A stretch of 56,253 nucleotides of DNA, taken from the NCBI GenBank assembly GCA_039923715.1, contig JBDTCF010000026.1:1-56253 (forward strand), in the 5' to 3' direction. Source of the DNA: Vulcanimicrobiaceae bacterium (GTDB taxonomy: Bacteria; Vulcanimicrobiota; Vulcanimicrobiia; Vulcanimicrobiales; Vulcanimicrobiaceae). The notes beneath the pieces were generated by a model. The model worked only from the letters and a program-made list of their open reading frames with translations. It had not been told where the DNA came from and ran no database searches. How positions within the stretch are numbered: the first letter of the stretch is position 1; each line of letters begins with the position of its first letter. The position numbers were made by a program, and so were the translations under genes. This document shows, one piece after another, positions 17,850-27,431 of the stretch.

Positions 17850-19049
17850 CTGAACGCCACCTTCGAACGGAAACTGAACGCCGAACTCGGCGCCCTGCGC
17901 GAGGCCGGTACGTACAAGCGTCTCCGGCATCTAACGACGCCGATGAGTTCGCGCGTGCACATGGAAGAAGCGGGCGACGTCATCGTCCTCTCGAGCAACA
18001 ACTATCTGGGCCTGTCCGATCATCCGGATGTCGTGGCGGCCGGCATCGAAGGGTTGCGCGAGTACGGCGCCGGAACGGCGTCGGTTCGTTTCATCTGCGG
18101 AACGTTCGACATCCATCGTCGCCTCGAGGAGAGGATCGCTTCCTTCCTGCGAACGGAGGCCTCGCTGAGTTACGTGGCGTGTTGGAACGCGAACGAAGGG
18201 TTGTTGCCGACCGTCGCGACCAAAGGGAACACCGTCATCTCCGACGAGCTGAACCACGCCTCGATCATCGACGGCTGCCGGCTTGCGGGCGGCAAGCGCC
18301 TGCGCTACAAGCACGGTGACATGGCGGATCTGGAGGCGCGGCTCAAAGAAGCCGAGGGAACGGCCTTCATCGTCACCGACGGCGTGTTCTCGATGGAAGG
18401 AAGCCTCGCGAAACTTCCCGAGATCGTCGCGCTGGCCGAGCGCTACGACGCGGTAACGATCGTCGACGACAGCCACGGGACGGGCGTTACCGGAGAAACC
18501 GGGCGAGGGACGGTCGAGCACTTTGGGCTCGAGGGACGCGTCGACATCATCACCGGAACGCTCGGTAAAGCGCTCGGCGGAGCGGCCGGTGGGTTCGTCG
18601 CCGGCAGCCGCGCATTGATCGACATGCTGATCCAGCGCTCGCGAACCCAGCTATTCTCGAACGCGCTTCCGGCTACGGTGGCCGCGAGTTCGCTCAAAGC
18701 GATCGAGACGCTCGAACGTCATCCCGAGCTGGTTGCCAAACAACGCGACAACGTCGCGTACTTTCGCGCCGGGCTGGAACGCCTGGGCTTCAAACCGCTT
18801 CCCGGCGAGAGCGCCATCGTTCCGATCATCGTTGGCGATACGGCATTCGCGATCGCGATGAGCGACCGGCTCTTGCAGGAGGGCGTTTTTGTAACGGGCT
18901 TCGGTTTTCCGGTGGTCCCCGAAGGGACCGCGCGCATTCGCGTACAGATGAGTTCCGCACTCGAACGCGCCGACCTCGACCGCGCCCTCTCCGCCTTCGA
19001 GAAAGTCGGAACCGAACTTGGCGTCATCGGCAAACCCGCAATCGCGTAA
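17850..19049 (+). CDS. kbl: glycine C-acetyltransferase (2-amino-3-ketobutyrate CoA ligase); probable CTG start
   Basis: NNYLGLSDHPDV, ASVRFICGT, DDSHGTG and the PLP lysine context GTLGKALGG are present. A Kbl-like N-terminus (LNATFERKLNAELGALREAGTYKRLRHL) lies upstream of the first ATG (17943). There is no ATG/GTG/TTG upstream, and GAGAGGAG lies 6 nt before the CTG at 17850. Confidence 0.85.
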   Translation: MNATFERKLNAELGALREAGTYKRLRHLTTPMSSRVHMEEAGDVIVLSSNNYLGLSDHPDVVAAGIEGLREYGAGTASVRFICGTFDIHRRLEERIASFLRTEASLSYVACWNANEGLLPTVATKGNTVISDELNHASIIDGCRLAGGKRLRYKHGDMADLEARLKEAEGTAFIVTDGVFSMEGSLAKLPEIVALAERYDAVTIVDDSHGTGVTGETGRGTVEHFGLEGRVDIITGTLGKALGGAAGGFVAGSRALIDMLIQRSRTQLFSNALPATVAASSLKAIETLERHPELVAKQRDNVAYFRAGLERLGFKPLPGESAIVPIIVGDTAFAIAMSDRLLQEGVFVTGFGFPVVPEGTARIRVQMSSALERADLDRALSAFEKVGTELGVIGKPAIA

Positions 19050-20300
19050 TTAGGCGTCGGCGGTGAGTTCGATGCCGCGGCGCTCGTGGCCGACGGCGGT
19101 TAGGATGAACACGGCGGCAAAGACGACGATCGCGATGACGGCGAGGGCGTGCGCATAGTCGGCGCCCCCGTTCGGAAGTTTGAATTTGCTGGCGGCGAAG
19201 GCGGCCTCGATCTGGGCGGCGCCGGCGGAGATCAGGTTGCCGATCTGATACGTGAAGCCGGGGAACGTTCCGCGGACGTCGCCGGGCGAAAGCTCGTTGA
19301 GGTGGATCGGGATGATCCCCCAGGCGCCCTGGACGAAGAACTGAATCAGGAACCCGCCGAGCGCCAGTAGCGCCGTCGAGGGTGCGAAAACCCACAGCGG
19401 GATGGTGCATGCGCCCAGGAGGCAGGCCAAGAGAATTCCGAACCGGCGTCCGATTCGCTGCGAGAGCGCTCCGAACAACGTACCGCCGATGATCGCACCG
19501 ACGTTAGCGATGATGGTGATCAACGTCGTGCCGCCGACCCCAAGCTCGCGCTGTTTTTGCAGGAACGTCGGATACAAGTCTTGGGTTCCGTGCGACATGA
19601 AGTTGAACGCCGCCATCAACAGGATCGCGTACACGTAGAGCAACGGCTGTTTGAGGAACGAACCCCAAAGATTTCCGCGCTCGCTGAGTGAGGACGCCTT
19701 GCCGGCGAGCCAAACGGGGGACTCTTGCACTTGCGAGCGGACGTAGAGGACGAGCAACGCCGGAAACGCCCCGGCGATGAACATTCCGCGCCAGCCGAAA
19801 TGCGGGAAGATCAAAAAGTACGCGATCGCGGCGATCAGATAGCCGAACGCATACCCTTCTTGCAGTATCCCCGAAGCGACCCCGCGCAGCCGCGTCGGCA
19901 ACGACTCCATTGTGAGCGCGGCGCCGATCCCCCACTCGCCGCCCATGCAAATTCCGAAGATCGCGCGCAGGACGATAAAGACCGTGAGGTTGGGCGAGAA
20001 CGCCGTCAGCAGTTCGACGATCGAATACAACAGGATATTGACCATCAGCGGCGTTCGTCGCCCGAAGCGGTCCGCAAAAATTCCGAAGATAAGCGCGCCG
20101 AGCGGGCGGAACATCAGCGTAATCGTAATCGCGAACGCGACCTGCACGATCGTGTGCTTGAAGTCGTCCGCGATCTTCGCGACCACGAAAGTGACGAGAA
20201 AGAAGTCGAACGCGTCGAGCGTCCAGCCGAGGAAGCAAGCCACGAAGACGTGGCGTTGAGCCGTTGTGAGCGAACGAAAGGCGTCAATCGAGCGCGTCAT
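19050..20300 (-). CDS. MFS transporter (sugar-acid / organic-anion type)
   Basis: 12-TM pattern with FADRFGRR (the MFS signature between TM2 and TM3) and GEWGIGAALTMESLP. The ATG at 20300 is preceded by GGGAGGA. The track start at 20324 is the alternative. Confidence 0.85.
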   Translation of the reverse strand: MTRSIDAFRSLTTAQRHVFVACFLGWTLDAFDFFLVTFVVAKIADDFKHTIVQVAFAITITLMFRPLGALIFGIFADRFGRRTPLMVNILLYSIVELLTAFSPNLTVFIVLRAIFGICMGGEWGIGAALTMESLPTRLRGVASGILQEGYAFGYLIAAIAYFLIFPHFGWRGMFIAGAFPALLVLYVRSQVQESPVWLAGKASSLSERGNLWGSFLKQPLLYVYAILLMAAFNFMSHGTQDLYPTFLQKQRELGVGGTTLITIIANVGAIIGGTLFGALSQRIGRRFGILLACLLGACTIPLWVFAPSTALLALGGFLIQFFVQGAWGIIPIHLNELSPGDVRGTFPGFTYQIGNLISAGAAQIEAAFAASKFKLPNGGADYAHALAVIAIVVFAAVFILTAVGHERRGIELTADA

Positions 20301-20462
20301 CGGGTCCTCCCATGGCCGCGGCATCCGTGCAAGGGACGTCGTACCTCCTCGCTCGACGGTAATTGATGGTTGTCCTGCCCGCTTGCATTTTGTACGAGCC
20401 CACTCACCCGCGGGGCAGAAGCCGAACAGACCCGGAACGACGAGGCGTTCCGGGTCTGGACT

Positions 20463-20539
<77 letters not shown>

Positions 20540-20623
20540 ACGAGCGCACCTGAGTATATCGACTCCCCGTTGCCCTGTCAAATGCCGGGAGGCGGGCTGC
20601 GCCCGAACGAACGCCGCGTCGAG

Positions 20624-21634
20624 ATGACCGCCGATGCGCTGCGGCGCCTGCCGAAAGTCCAGCTTCACTGCCATCTGGAAGGGACGCTCCGCGAAACGAC
20701 CTTCCGGACCCTGGTTCGAAAGTACGGGTTCGAAGGGCCGCGCGCGAATGCCGCGCGGCCGTACGGCTTCGAGACTTTCGGCGAGTTCCTGCTCCTGTTC
20801 GCGGAGATCTGTAAGGTGCTGCGCGAGCCCGACGACTTCGCGCGCCTTGCCGGCGAGTACGTTGAGGATGCGCTTGCGCAGGGCGTGGCGTACGCGGAGA
20901 TCTTTATCTCGCCCTCGGTGTGGACGTACTTTCACCGATCGCTCGACGTGCGGGCGGTCGTGCGCGCGATTCGCGAACGCCTTGACACGCTCGGCGCGCC
21001 GGCCGGCGTTCGCGTCGCGTTGATCTGCGACGTAACGCGGAACTTCGGCAGCGACCGCGCCACCGAGACCGCCCGCGACGCAATCGCGCTGGCGGACCTC
21101 GGCGTCATCGGAATCGGGCTGGGCGGCGACGAGGCGGCGTATCCCCCAGCCCTGTTCGTCGACGCCTTTCGCGTCGCCAAGGAAGCAGGATTGCACGCGG
21201 TCGCGCACGCCGGCGAGGCGGCAGGACCGGCCAGCGTCCGCGACGCGCTCGATTTGCTCGGTGTCGAGCGCATCGGGCACGGGGTGCGGGCGATCGAAGA
21301 CGGCGCGTTGGTGGCGCGCCTTGCGGCTCAGCGCATTCCGCTGGAAATCTGTCCGACTTCGAACCGGCTCACCGGAGCGGTTGGAGCCGGCCGTGCGCAT
21401 CCGCTCGCCGAATTGGAGCGACGCGGTGTGGTCTGCGCCATCGATGCGGACGATCCGGCGCTGTTCGGAGCGACGCTCTGCGAGGAGTACGCGCTCGCGG
21501 AGGAGTTGGCCGGCTGCGGCGCATCCCTGCGGTTCGCGCGGAACGCCGTCGAAGCGAGCTTCGCCGAGCCGGCGCTCAAAGACGACCTGCGTCGCCGGCT
21601 GGCCGCATTCGCCGCGGGAAGGCACGATGGGTAG
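20624..21634 (+). CDS. add: adenosine deaminase
   Basis: LPKVQLHCHLEGTL, GIGLGGDE, HAGE and DADDPALFG are the conserved metal and catalytic motifs. The start was taken at MTADALRRLPK. Confidence 0.9.
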   Translation: MTADALRRLPKVQLHCHLEGTLRETTFRTLVRKYGFEGPRANAARPYGFETFGEFLLLFAEICKVLREPDDFARLAGEYVEDALAQGVAYAEIFISPSVWTYFHRSLDVRAVVRAIRERLDTLGAPAGVRVALICDVTRNFGSDRATETARDAIALADLGVIGIGLGGDEAAYPPALFVDAFRVAKEAGLHAVAHAGEAAGPASVRDALDLLGVERIGHGVRAIEDGALVARLAAQRIPLEICPTSNRLTGAVGAGRAHPLAELERRGVVCAIDADDPALFGATLCEEYALAEELAGCGASLRFARNAVEASFAEPALKDDLRRRLAAFAAGRHDG

Positions 21635-21718
21635 GTCGATTCGTCCCGTCGAACGCTGAGCGTCACGTGGGCGACCACACGCACTGCGATGAGTCGACCG
21701 AGGAGACCTAACCGCACG

Positions 21719-22897
21719 ATGTTGCCCTCGCACCTTGAGTGTTCGCTCGATTCCGCGCATCGCTACGTGGCCGACGCGTTGCAAACGACCTGCGAGATCG
21801 ACGGTTCCCCGCTACTCGTGCGCTACGCCGCGCTCGCGCTCGACCGCGCGAAGGTCGCGAGCCGGCCGTGGACGATGTGGCGCTACCGCGAGATACTCCC
21901 CGTCGCCGAGGACGAAGAACCGGTCTCGCTGGGCGAAGGGGCGACGCCGCTCGTGCGCGCGCCGCGACTCGAGCGCCGGCTCGAACTCGACGTTCCGTTG
22001 TACGTCAAGGACGAGGCACAGAATCCCACCGGCTCGTTCAAGTCGCGCGGCATGTCCGTCGCCGTCACGCGCGCGCTGCGGTTGGGTGCGACCGCTCTGG
22101 TCGTGCCGAGCGCGGGCAACGCGGGCGGCGCGCTGGCTGCCTACGGGGCGCGCGCGGGGTTACCCGTGGTCGTCTTCTTACCGCGCGACACACCCGCCAT
22201 GCTGGTCGAGGAGTGTGCGAGTTTTGGGGCGCGCGTGGAACTCGTCGACGGCTTGATCGATTCCGCCGGGCGAAGCGCAGCCGCGTATGCCGAACGAACC
22301 GGCGCCTTCAACGTGGCGACGCTCCGCGAACCGTATCGGATCGAAGGAAAGAAGACCATGGCCTACGAGTTGGTCGAGCAACTTGGCGGCGTTCCGGGCG
22401 CGATCGTCTATCCGCTGGGGGGTGGAACCGGGCTCGTCGGCATGTGGAAGGCGTTCGAGGAACTGCAGGCGTGCGGTTGGATCGGCACCGAGCGGCCGGT
22501 CTTGCTCGGCGCGCAGGCGGAAGGTTGCGCTCCGATCGTGCGGGCGTTCGACGCGGGCGACGAACGTGCGCGCCTCTGGGAAGACGCCTGGACGGCCGCG
22601 CTGGGACTCCGCGTTCCGGCCGCCATCGGCGACCGCTTGACCCTGCACGCATTGCGGCAATCCGGCGGGTCGGCGCTGGCGGTCCGCGAGATCGACTTAG
22701 TCGAGGACATGCGGACGTTGCGAGCGGTCGAAGGAGTCGACGCGTCGGAAGAAGGCGGGGCCGCGCTCGCCGCCTTGCGGGTGGCGCTCGCCCGCGGATT
22801 GCACTGCGAGGGTCCGATCGTGCTCTTCAACACGGGGAGTGCGCTGAAATACGGGCCTCGCCCGGCCGCGAAGGGCGCTCAGTCCGCGCGCGCATGA
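21719..22897 (+). CDS. thrC: threonine synthase (PLP-dependent, beta-family)
   Basis: YVKDEAQNPTGSFKSRG (PLP lysine), PSAGNAGGALAAYGA and GGGTGLVGMWKAF. The ATG at 21719 lies 13 nt after GAGGAG. The alternative ATG is at 21689. Confidence 0.85.
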   Translation: MLPSHLECSLDSAHRYVADALQTTCEIDGSPLLVRYAALALDRAKVASRPWTMWRYREILPVAEDEEPVSLGEGATPLVRAPRLERRLELDVPLYVKDEAQNPTGSFKSRGMSVAVTRALRLGATALVVPSAGNAGGALAAYGARAGLPVVVFLPRDTPAMLVEECASFGARVELVDGLIDSAGRSAAAYAERTGAFNVATLREPYRIEGKKTMAYELVEQLGGVPGAIVYPLGGGTGLVGMWKAFEELQACGWIGTERPVLLGAQAEGCAPIVRAFDAGDERARLWEDAWTAALGLRVPAAIGDRLTLHALRQSGGSALAVREIDLVEDMRTLRAVEGVDASEEGGAALAALRVALARGLHCEGPIVLFNTGSALKYGPRPAAKGAQSARA

Positions 22898-23496
22898 TCT
22901 CCGCGACGAACCTGCTCGTTGCGGCGAACGTCATCGTCTACGTGTGGCTTTCGCTTAGCGGCGGAGCCAACGACAATCTCTCGCTCGTCAGGCACGGCGC
23001 GCTGGTTCCGGCTTTGGTGTGGCGCGGTGAGTGGTGGCGGCTCGTTTCGAGCGCGTTCTTGCACGCCGGCTTGGTACACATCGGGCTCAACATGCTGGCG
23101 CTCTTTCAAGTCGGGACCTTTCTCGAACGGTTAATCGGCTGGCGCCGGCTGCTGGCAATCTACACCCTTTCACTGTTCGGCGGCAGCTTTGCGGTGCTCT
23201 ACTTCTCGGGACCCTACGACGTTACGATCGGCGCGAGCGGAGCGATCTTCGGCGTGTTCGGCGCGTTGGCCGCGATCGGTTTTCGGCTCGGTCGCGACGG
23301 CCGTTCGCTGATCGCGCAGACGCTCCCGATCATCGTGCTGAATTTGGCGTTCGGTTTCGCGGTTACGAACATTTCGAACGCCGGGCATATCGGCGGTTTG
23401 CTAACCGGTTTCGTGGCGACGCTTGCGATCGTCCGCGTTCGCCGCCGGCCGGCCCAAGCGGTTGCCGCCGCCGAACCGCCCGGCAGCGCTGGATGA
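22894..23496 (+). CDS. rhomboid-family intramembrane serine protease
   Basis: The start has an ATGA overlap with the thrC stop. Motifs: WWRLVSSAFLHAGLVHIGLNM, catalytic GASGAIFG and HIGGLLTG. Six TM segments. Only the last 200 aa of the 585-aa track ORF are accepted. Confidence 0.85.
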   Translation: MISATNLLVAANVIVYVWLSLSGGANDNLSLVRHGALVPALVWRGEWWRLVSSAFLHAGLVHIGLNMLALFQVGTFLERLIGWRRLLAIYTLSLFGGSFAVLYFSGPYDVTIGASGAIFGVFGALAAIGFRLGRDGRSLIAQTLPIIVLNLAFGFAVTNISNAGHIGGLLTGFVATLAIVRVRRRPAQAVAAAEPPGSAG

Positions 23497-25406
23497 ACGC
23501 ACGCGTCGAGACGATCGAAGAACTGTTCGCCCCGGATGGCCAGCTCGCGCGCGCGCACCCCGGCTTCGAGCGGCGCGTCGGCCAAGTGCGGATGGCGCAA
23601 CTCGTCGAGCGCGGGATTCTCGAGGGCGCGCACACGATTGTCGAGGCCGGCACCGGAATCGGAAAGTCCCTCGCCTACCTCGTCCCGGCGATCCGCAGCG
23701 GCAAGACCGTCGTCGTGTCGACCGGCACGATCGCGCTGCAGGAGCAACTCGTCCGCAAGGACATTCCGCTGGTCACGCATGCGCTTGGCCGCGAGGTGCG
23801 GACGGTGCTGCTCAAGGGTCGCAACCACTATGCCTGCCGCCTCAAGCTCGACCGGATGCGCGCCGAGCGTCTGATTCCACAGAGCGTACCGATGGAGCGG
23901 CTGTGGCGTTGGGCCGACCAAACGGCGACCGGGGACCGCGGCGAGTTGACGTTCGTTCCGCCGGCCCGCGAGTGGGAAGCGATCGACGCCGACGCCGATG
24001 ACTGCATCGGCGAGTTGTGCGAACGCTATCGCGACTGCTGGTTCTTCCGGCAACGCGACGCGGCGCGCTACGCGGACCTGGTCGTCGTCAATCACGCGCT
24101 GTTCTTCCTCGACCTTGCGATGGGAGGGACGCTGTTGCCGCCTTACGAGATCGCGATCTTGGACGAAGCGCACCAGTGCGAGCGGTGGGCGACCGCAGCG
24201 CTAACGGTTACGGTCTCCCCGGCGTCGGTCAATCGCTTGATGCGACGACTCCACCACCACTATGCCGTTCCGGCGCACTACGACGCCGAATTGGACGAGG
24301 CGATGCGCGGGCTTGCGTCGACCCTGGCGAGCGTCCCCGGCGAGCGCTATCCGCTGCGCGCAAACGAGCATGCTCCCGATGCGCTGACGGCCCTGCGCGA
24401 TGCGTTCTACCATCTCGAGAATTGGGTTCACGCGAATTGGGAATCGGCGCTGCGCCGGCCGCCGGCGGGCGGCGAGGCCGAGCGACGGCGCGACCTCGCG
24501 CTGCGCGGGATCGTCGCGCACGTGGCGGCGATCGAGCGGACGGCGCTGCCGGACGAGCAGGCGATCTCGTGGGTCGAGCGGGACGAGGCGCGGGCGCACT
24601 ACGAAGTAAACAGCGCGCCGTTCGACGTCGCGGACTTCCTGCGGCAAACGTTATTCGCGCGAACGCAGAGCGTCGTGCTGACCAGCGCGACGATCGCCAC
24701 CGCCGCGCAACCGAGTGCGGCGTTCGCATTTCTGCGCGCGGGATTGGGCGTCGACGAGGCTCAAGAGTACGTCGCACCCTCGCCCTTCGACTACCGGGAT
24801 CAGGCGCGTCTGTACGTCGCCCCGGCCCGCTGCAACCCGAAGGACCCGTCGTTCGCGGAGCGCGTCGCTCCGATCGTCGTCGAGTGTCTCGACCGCAGCC
24901 AGGGTCGCGCGTTCGTCCTGTTTACCTCGTACCGTCGCCTGCGGGAAGTCTACGAGGCGGTCGGCGAGAGCGTCGTCTATCCGACGAAGCTGCAGGGCGA
25001 ACTGCCGCGCGCACACCTTCTGGAGTGGTTTCGTGCGACGCCAAACGCTGTGCTGTTCGCCACGGCGACCTTCTGGGAAGGGATCGACGTCGTCGGCGAA
25101 GCGCTCTCGTGCGTCATCATCGACCGGGTGCCGTTTCCCTCGCCGGCCGACCCGTTGGTTGCCGCGCGCCTCGCGTCGCTCGAAGCCGCCGGCCGTTCCA
25201 GCTTCGAGGACTACATGATTCCGGCGGCGACGGTTCGCCTCAAACAGGGTTTCGGGCGGCTCATTCGTTCGAAGTCCGATCGCGGGCTCGTCGCGATCCT
25301 CGACGGCCGTCTCGGCACGATGCGCTACGGCGCGACCATTCTGGGAGCGCTGCCGCCCGCCACCCGCATCGACGACCTCGGAGCGCTCGATGGGTTCTTC
25401 GCGTAA
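23493..25406 (+). CDS. dinG: DinG/Rad3(XPD)-family ATP-dependent DNA helicase with Fe-S cluster cysteines
   Basis: The start has an ATGA overlap with the rhomboid stop. Walker A EAGTGIGKSLAYL and the DEAH box ILDEAHQ are present. There are four Cys (YAC, DDC, ELC, RDC) between motifs I and II, and C-terminal helicase motifs (SATI, LFTSY, WEGIDV, QGFGRLIRS). Confidence 0.85.
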   Translation: MNARVETIEELFAPDGQLARAHPGFERRVGQVRMAQLVERGILEGAHTIVEAGTGIGKSLAYLVPAIRSGKTVVVSTGTIALQEQLVRKDIPLVTHALGREVRTVLLKGRNHYACRLKLDRMRAERLIPQSVPMERLWRWADQTATGDRGELTFVPPAREWEAIDADADDCIGELCERYRDCWFFRQRDAARYADLVVVNHALFFLDLAMGGTLLPPYEIAILDEAHQCERWATAALTVTVSPASVNRLMRRLHHHYAVPAHYDAELDEAMRGLASTLASVPGERYPLRANEHAPDALTALRDAFYHLENWVHANWESALRRPPAGGEAERRRDLALRGIVAHVAAIERTALPDEQAISWVERDEARAHYEVNSAPFDVADFLRQTLFARTQSVVLTSATIATAAQPSAAFAFLRAGLGVDEAQEYVAPSPFDYRDQARLYVAPARCNPKDPSFAERVAPIVVECLDRSQGRAFVLFTSYRRLREVYEAVGESVVYPTKLQGELPRAHLLEWFRATPNAVLFATATFWEGIDVVGEALSCVIIDRVPFPSPADPLVAARLASLEAAGRSSFEDYMIPAATVRLKQGFGRLIRSKSDRGLVAILDGRLGTMRYGATILGALPPATRIDDLGALDGFFA

Positions 25407-25413
25407 CGTGGGC

Positions 25414-27381
25414 TTACTCTTCGGTCGTCGAGGAAGTCGCTTGAGCGCGCGCCTGGAGTTCGTGCACGACGCTCGAATCGGCGAGCGTCGTCGTGTCACC
25501 GAGGGTCCGTCCCTCGGTGATGTCACGTAGCAGCCGGCGCATGATCTTGCCGCTGCGCGTTTTCGGCAGCTCCGGCGTGAACGTGACGTACTTCGGCCGT
25601 ACGAATTTGCCGAGCAGGTTGCCGACGTGATCGCGTAGTTCGTCGGCGAACGCCGCCGAGCCGACGTCTGAACCCTTGAGCGAGACGTAGCATGCAATCG
25701 CTTGTCCCGTCACCTCGTCGGTTCGTCCCACGACGGCCGCTTCGGCGACCTTTGGATGATCGACGAGCGCGCTTTCAACTTCCGTTGTCGAGATGCGGTG
25801 TCCGCTGACGTTCATCACGTCGTCGATGCGGCCCATAAACCAGAAATCGCCGTCTGCGTCGCGTTTGCAGCCATCTCCCGCGAGATACATGTGCGGGAAC
25901 CTGGACCAGTACGTCTGCACATAACGTTCGTCGTCACCCCAGATGCCTCGCAACATCGAGGGCCACGGGCGGCGCAGCACGCAGTAACCGCCACCCCCGA
26001 GCGGAACGCTGTCGCCGCGATCGTTGACGACGTCGGCCGCGATCCCCGGGAACGCCCTCGTCGCCGAGCCGGGTTTGAGGGTGGTGATCCCCGGTAGGGG
26101 CGCGATCATGATCGCGCCGGTCTCGGTTTGCCACCAAGTGTCGACGACCGGACAGCAACCGCCGCCGATGTGCCGGTAATACCACATCCAGGCCTCGGGG
26201 TTAATCGGTTCGCCGACGCTTCCCAGCACGCGCAGCGACGAGAGGTCATGGCGCTCGGGGAACTCGGTGCCCCACTTCATGAAGGTGCGGATCGCGGTCG
26301 GGGCCGTGTACAGGATGGTCGCTTTGTAGCGCTCGGCGATCGCCCAGAGCCGGTCCTTGTCGGGGAAGTCCGGCGTGCCTTCGTACAAGATGGAGGTGGC
26401 GCCGTTGCAGAGCGGGCCGTAGACGATGTAGGAATGCCCCGTCACCCAGCCGATGTCGGCGGCGCACCAATACACGTCGCGCTCGGCTTTGAGATCGAAA
26501 ACGAGATCGTGCGTGGCCGTGCAGCCGACGAGGTAGCCGGCGGTCGTATGTTTGATGCCCTTAGGCTTCGCCGTCGTACCGCTGGTGTAGAGCAAGTACA
26601 GCAGGTCCTCGGAGTCCATCGGTTCCGGCTCGCAGGTGGTCGGCTGTCCGTGCGTGACCTCCGCCCAGGTCAAGTCGCGACCGGCAACCATCGGGACGTC
26701 ATCGCCCGTGCGCTTCGCGACGATGACGTGCTTCATCGAGGGAATACCCTTGGCGATGGCCTCGTCGCAGTTCGTCTTGAGCGCAATTTTTTTGCCGCGG
26801 CGCCAGGCGCCGTCGGCGGTGATCAGCGCGACGCACGCGGAGTCGTTAGCGCGGTCGTAGATCGAGTCCGGCGAAAAGCCGCCGAACACGACGGAGTGCG
26901 CCGCACCGATGCGGGCGCAGGCAAGCATCGCGACGGGCAACTCGGGGATCATTCCCATGTAGATGGCGACGCGGTCGCCCTTCTTGATCCCGATGGCCCG
27001 TAGACCGTTCGCGAAGCGACAGACGTCGTCGAGCAGTTGCGCGTAAGTTATCGTCCAGCGGTCGCCGGGCTCGCCTTCGTAGTAGTAAGCGATGCGCGCG
27101 CCGCGGCCGGCCCGAACGTGCCGGTCGAGTGCGTTGTACGATGCGTTGAGCTTGCCGCCCACGAACCACTTGGCGAACGGCTCGTTCCACTCGAGGGCGG
27201 TATGGTAGGGCTCGAACCAATCGAGTTTGTCCGCCCACGTTCGCCAAAACGCGACGTAGTCGCGCTCGGCCTCTTCGTAGATCCCGGCGCGGGCGTTGGC
27301 CTGCGCCGCGAAAGCGGCGGAAGGCGGGAAACGGCGCTGTTCGTCCATGAGCGCCTCGATCGCATGCTTGTCGTTCGCCAT
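25414..27381 (-). CDS. acs: acetyl-CoA synthetase (acetate--CoA ligase)
   Basis: 655 aa. YTSGTTAKPKG, WVTGHSY, WQTETG, YLAGDGCKRDADGDFWFMGRIDDVMNVSGHR and LPKTRSGKIMRR are colinear with the Acs family. Confidence 0.95.
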   Translation of the reverse strand: MANDKHAIEALMDEQRRFPPSAAFAAQANARAGIYEEAERDYVAFWRTWADKLDWFEPYHTALEWNEPFAKWFVGGKLNASYNALDRHVRAGRGARIAYYYEGEPGDRWTITYAQLLDDVCRFANGLRAIGIKKGDRVAIYMGMIPELPVAMLACARIGAAHSVVFGGFSPDSIYDRANDSACVALITADGAWRRGKKIALKTNCDEAIAKGIPSMKHVIVAKRTGDDVPMVAGRDLTWAEVTHGQPTTCEPEPMDSEDLLYLLYTSGTTAKPKGIKHTTAGYLVGCTATHDLVFDLKAERDVYWCAADIGWVTGHSYIVYGPLCNGATSILYEGTPDFPDKDRLWAIAERYKATILYTAPTAIRTFMKWGTEFPERHDLSSLRVLGSVGEPINPEAWMWYYRHIGGGCCPVVDTWWQTETGAIMIAPLPGITTLKPGSATRAFPGIAADVVNDRGDSVPLGGGGYCVLRRPWPSMLRGIWGDDERYVQTYWSRFPHMYLAGDGCKRDADGDFWFMGRIDDVMNVSGHRISTTEVESALVDHPKVAEAAVVGRTDEVTGQAIACYVSLKGSDVGSAAFADELRDHVGNLLGKFVRPKYVTFTPELPKTRSGKIMRRLLRDITEGRTLGDTTTLADSSVVHELQARAQATSSTTEE

Positions 27382-27431
27382 AATGGGGACTACGCGCGCG
27401 GCCCGCGATGCCCTGGTCGGTGGGCGACTCG

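Noticed and set aside
21739-22893. The N-terminal 385 codons of the 585-aa ORF 21739-23496.
   Set aside because: This part is off-frame to thrC and Arg-rich. Only the last 200 aa (from the ATG at 22894) show rhomboid motifs and TM segments.
24017-25444. A 475-aa plus-strand ORF inside dinG.
   Set aside because: It is off-frame to the helicase, with an Arg/Gly/Ala-rich translation and no motifs.
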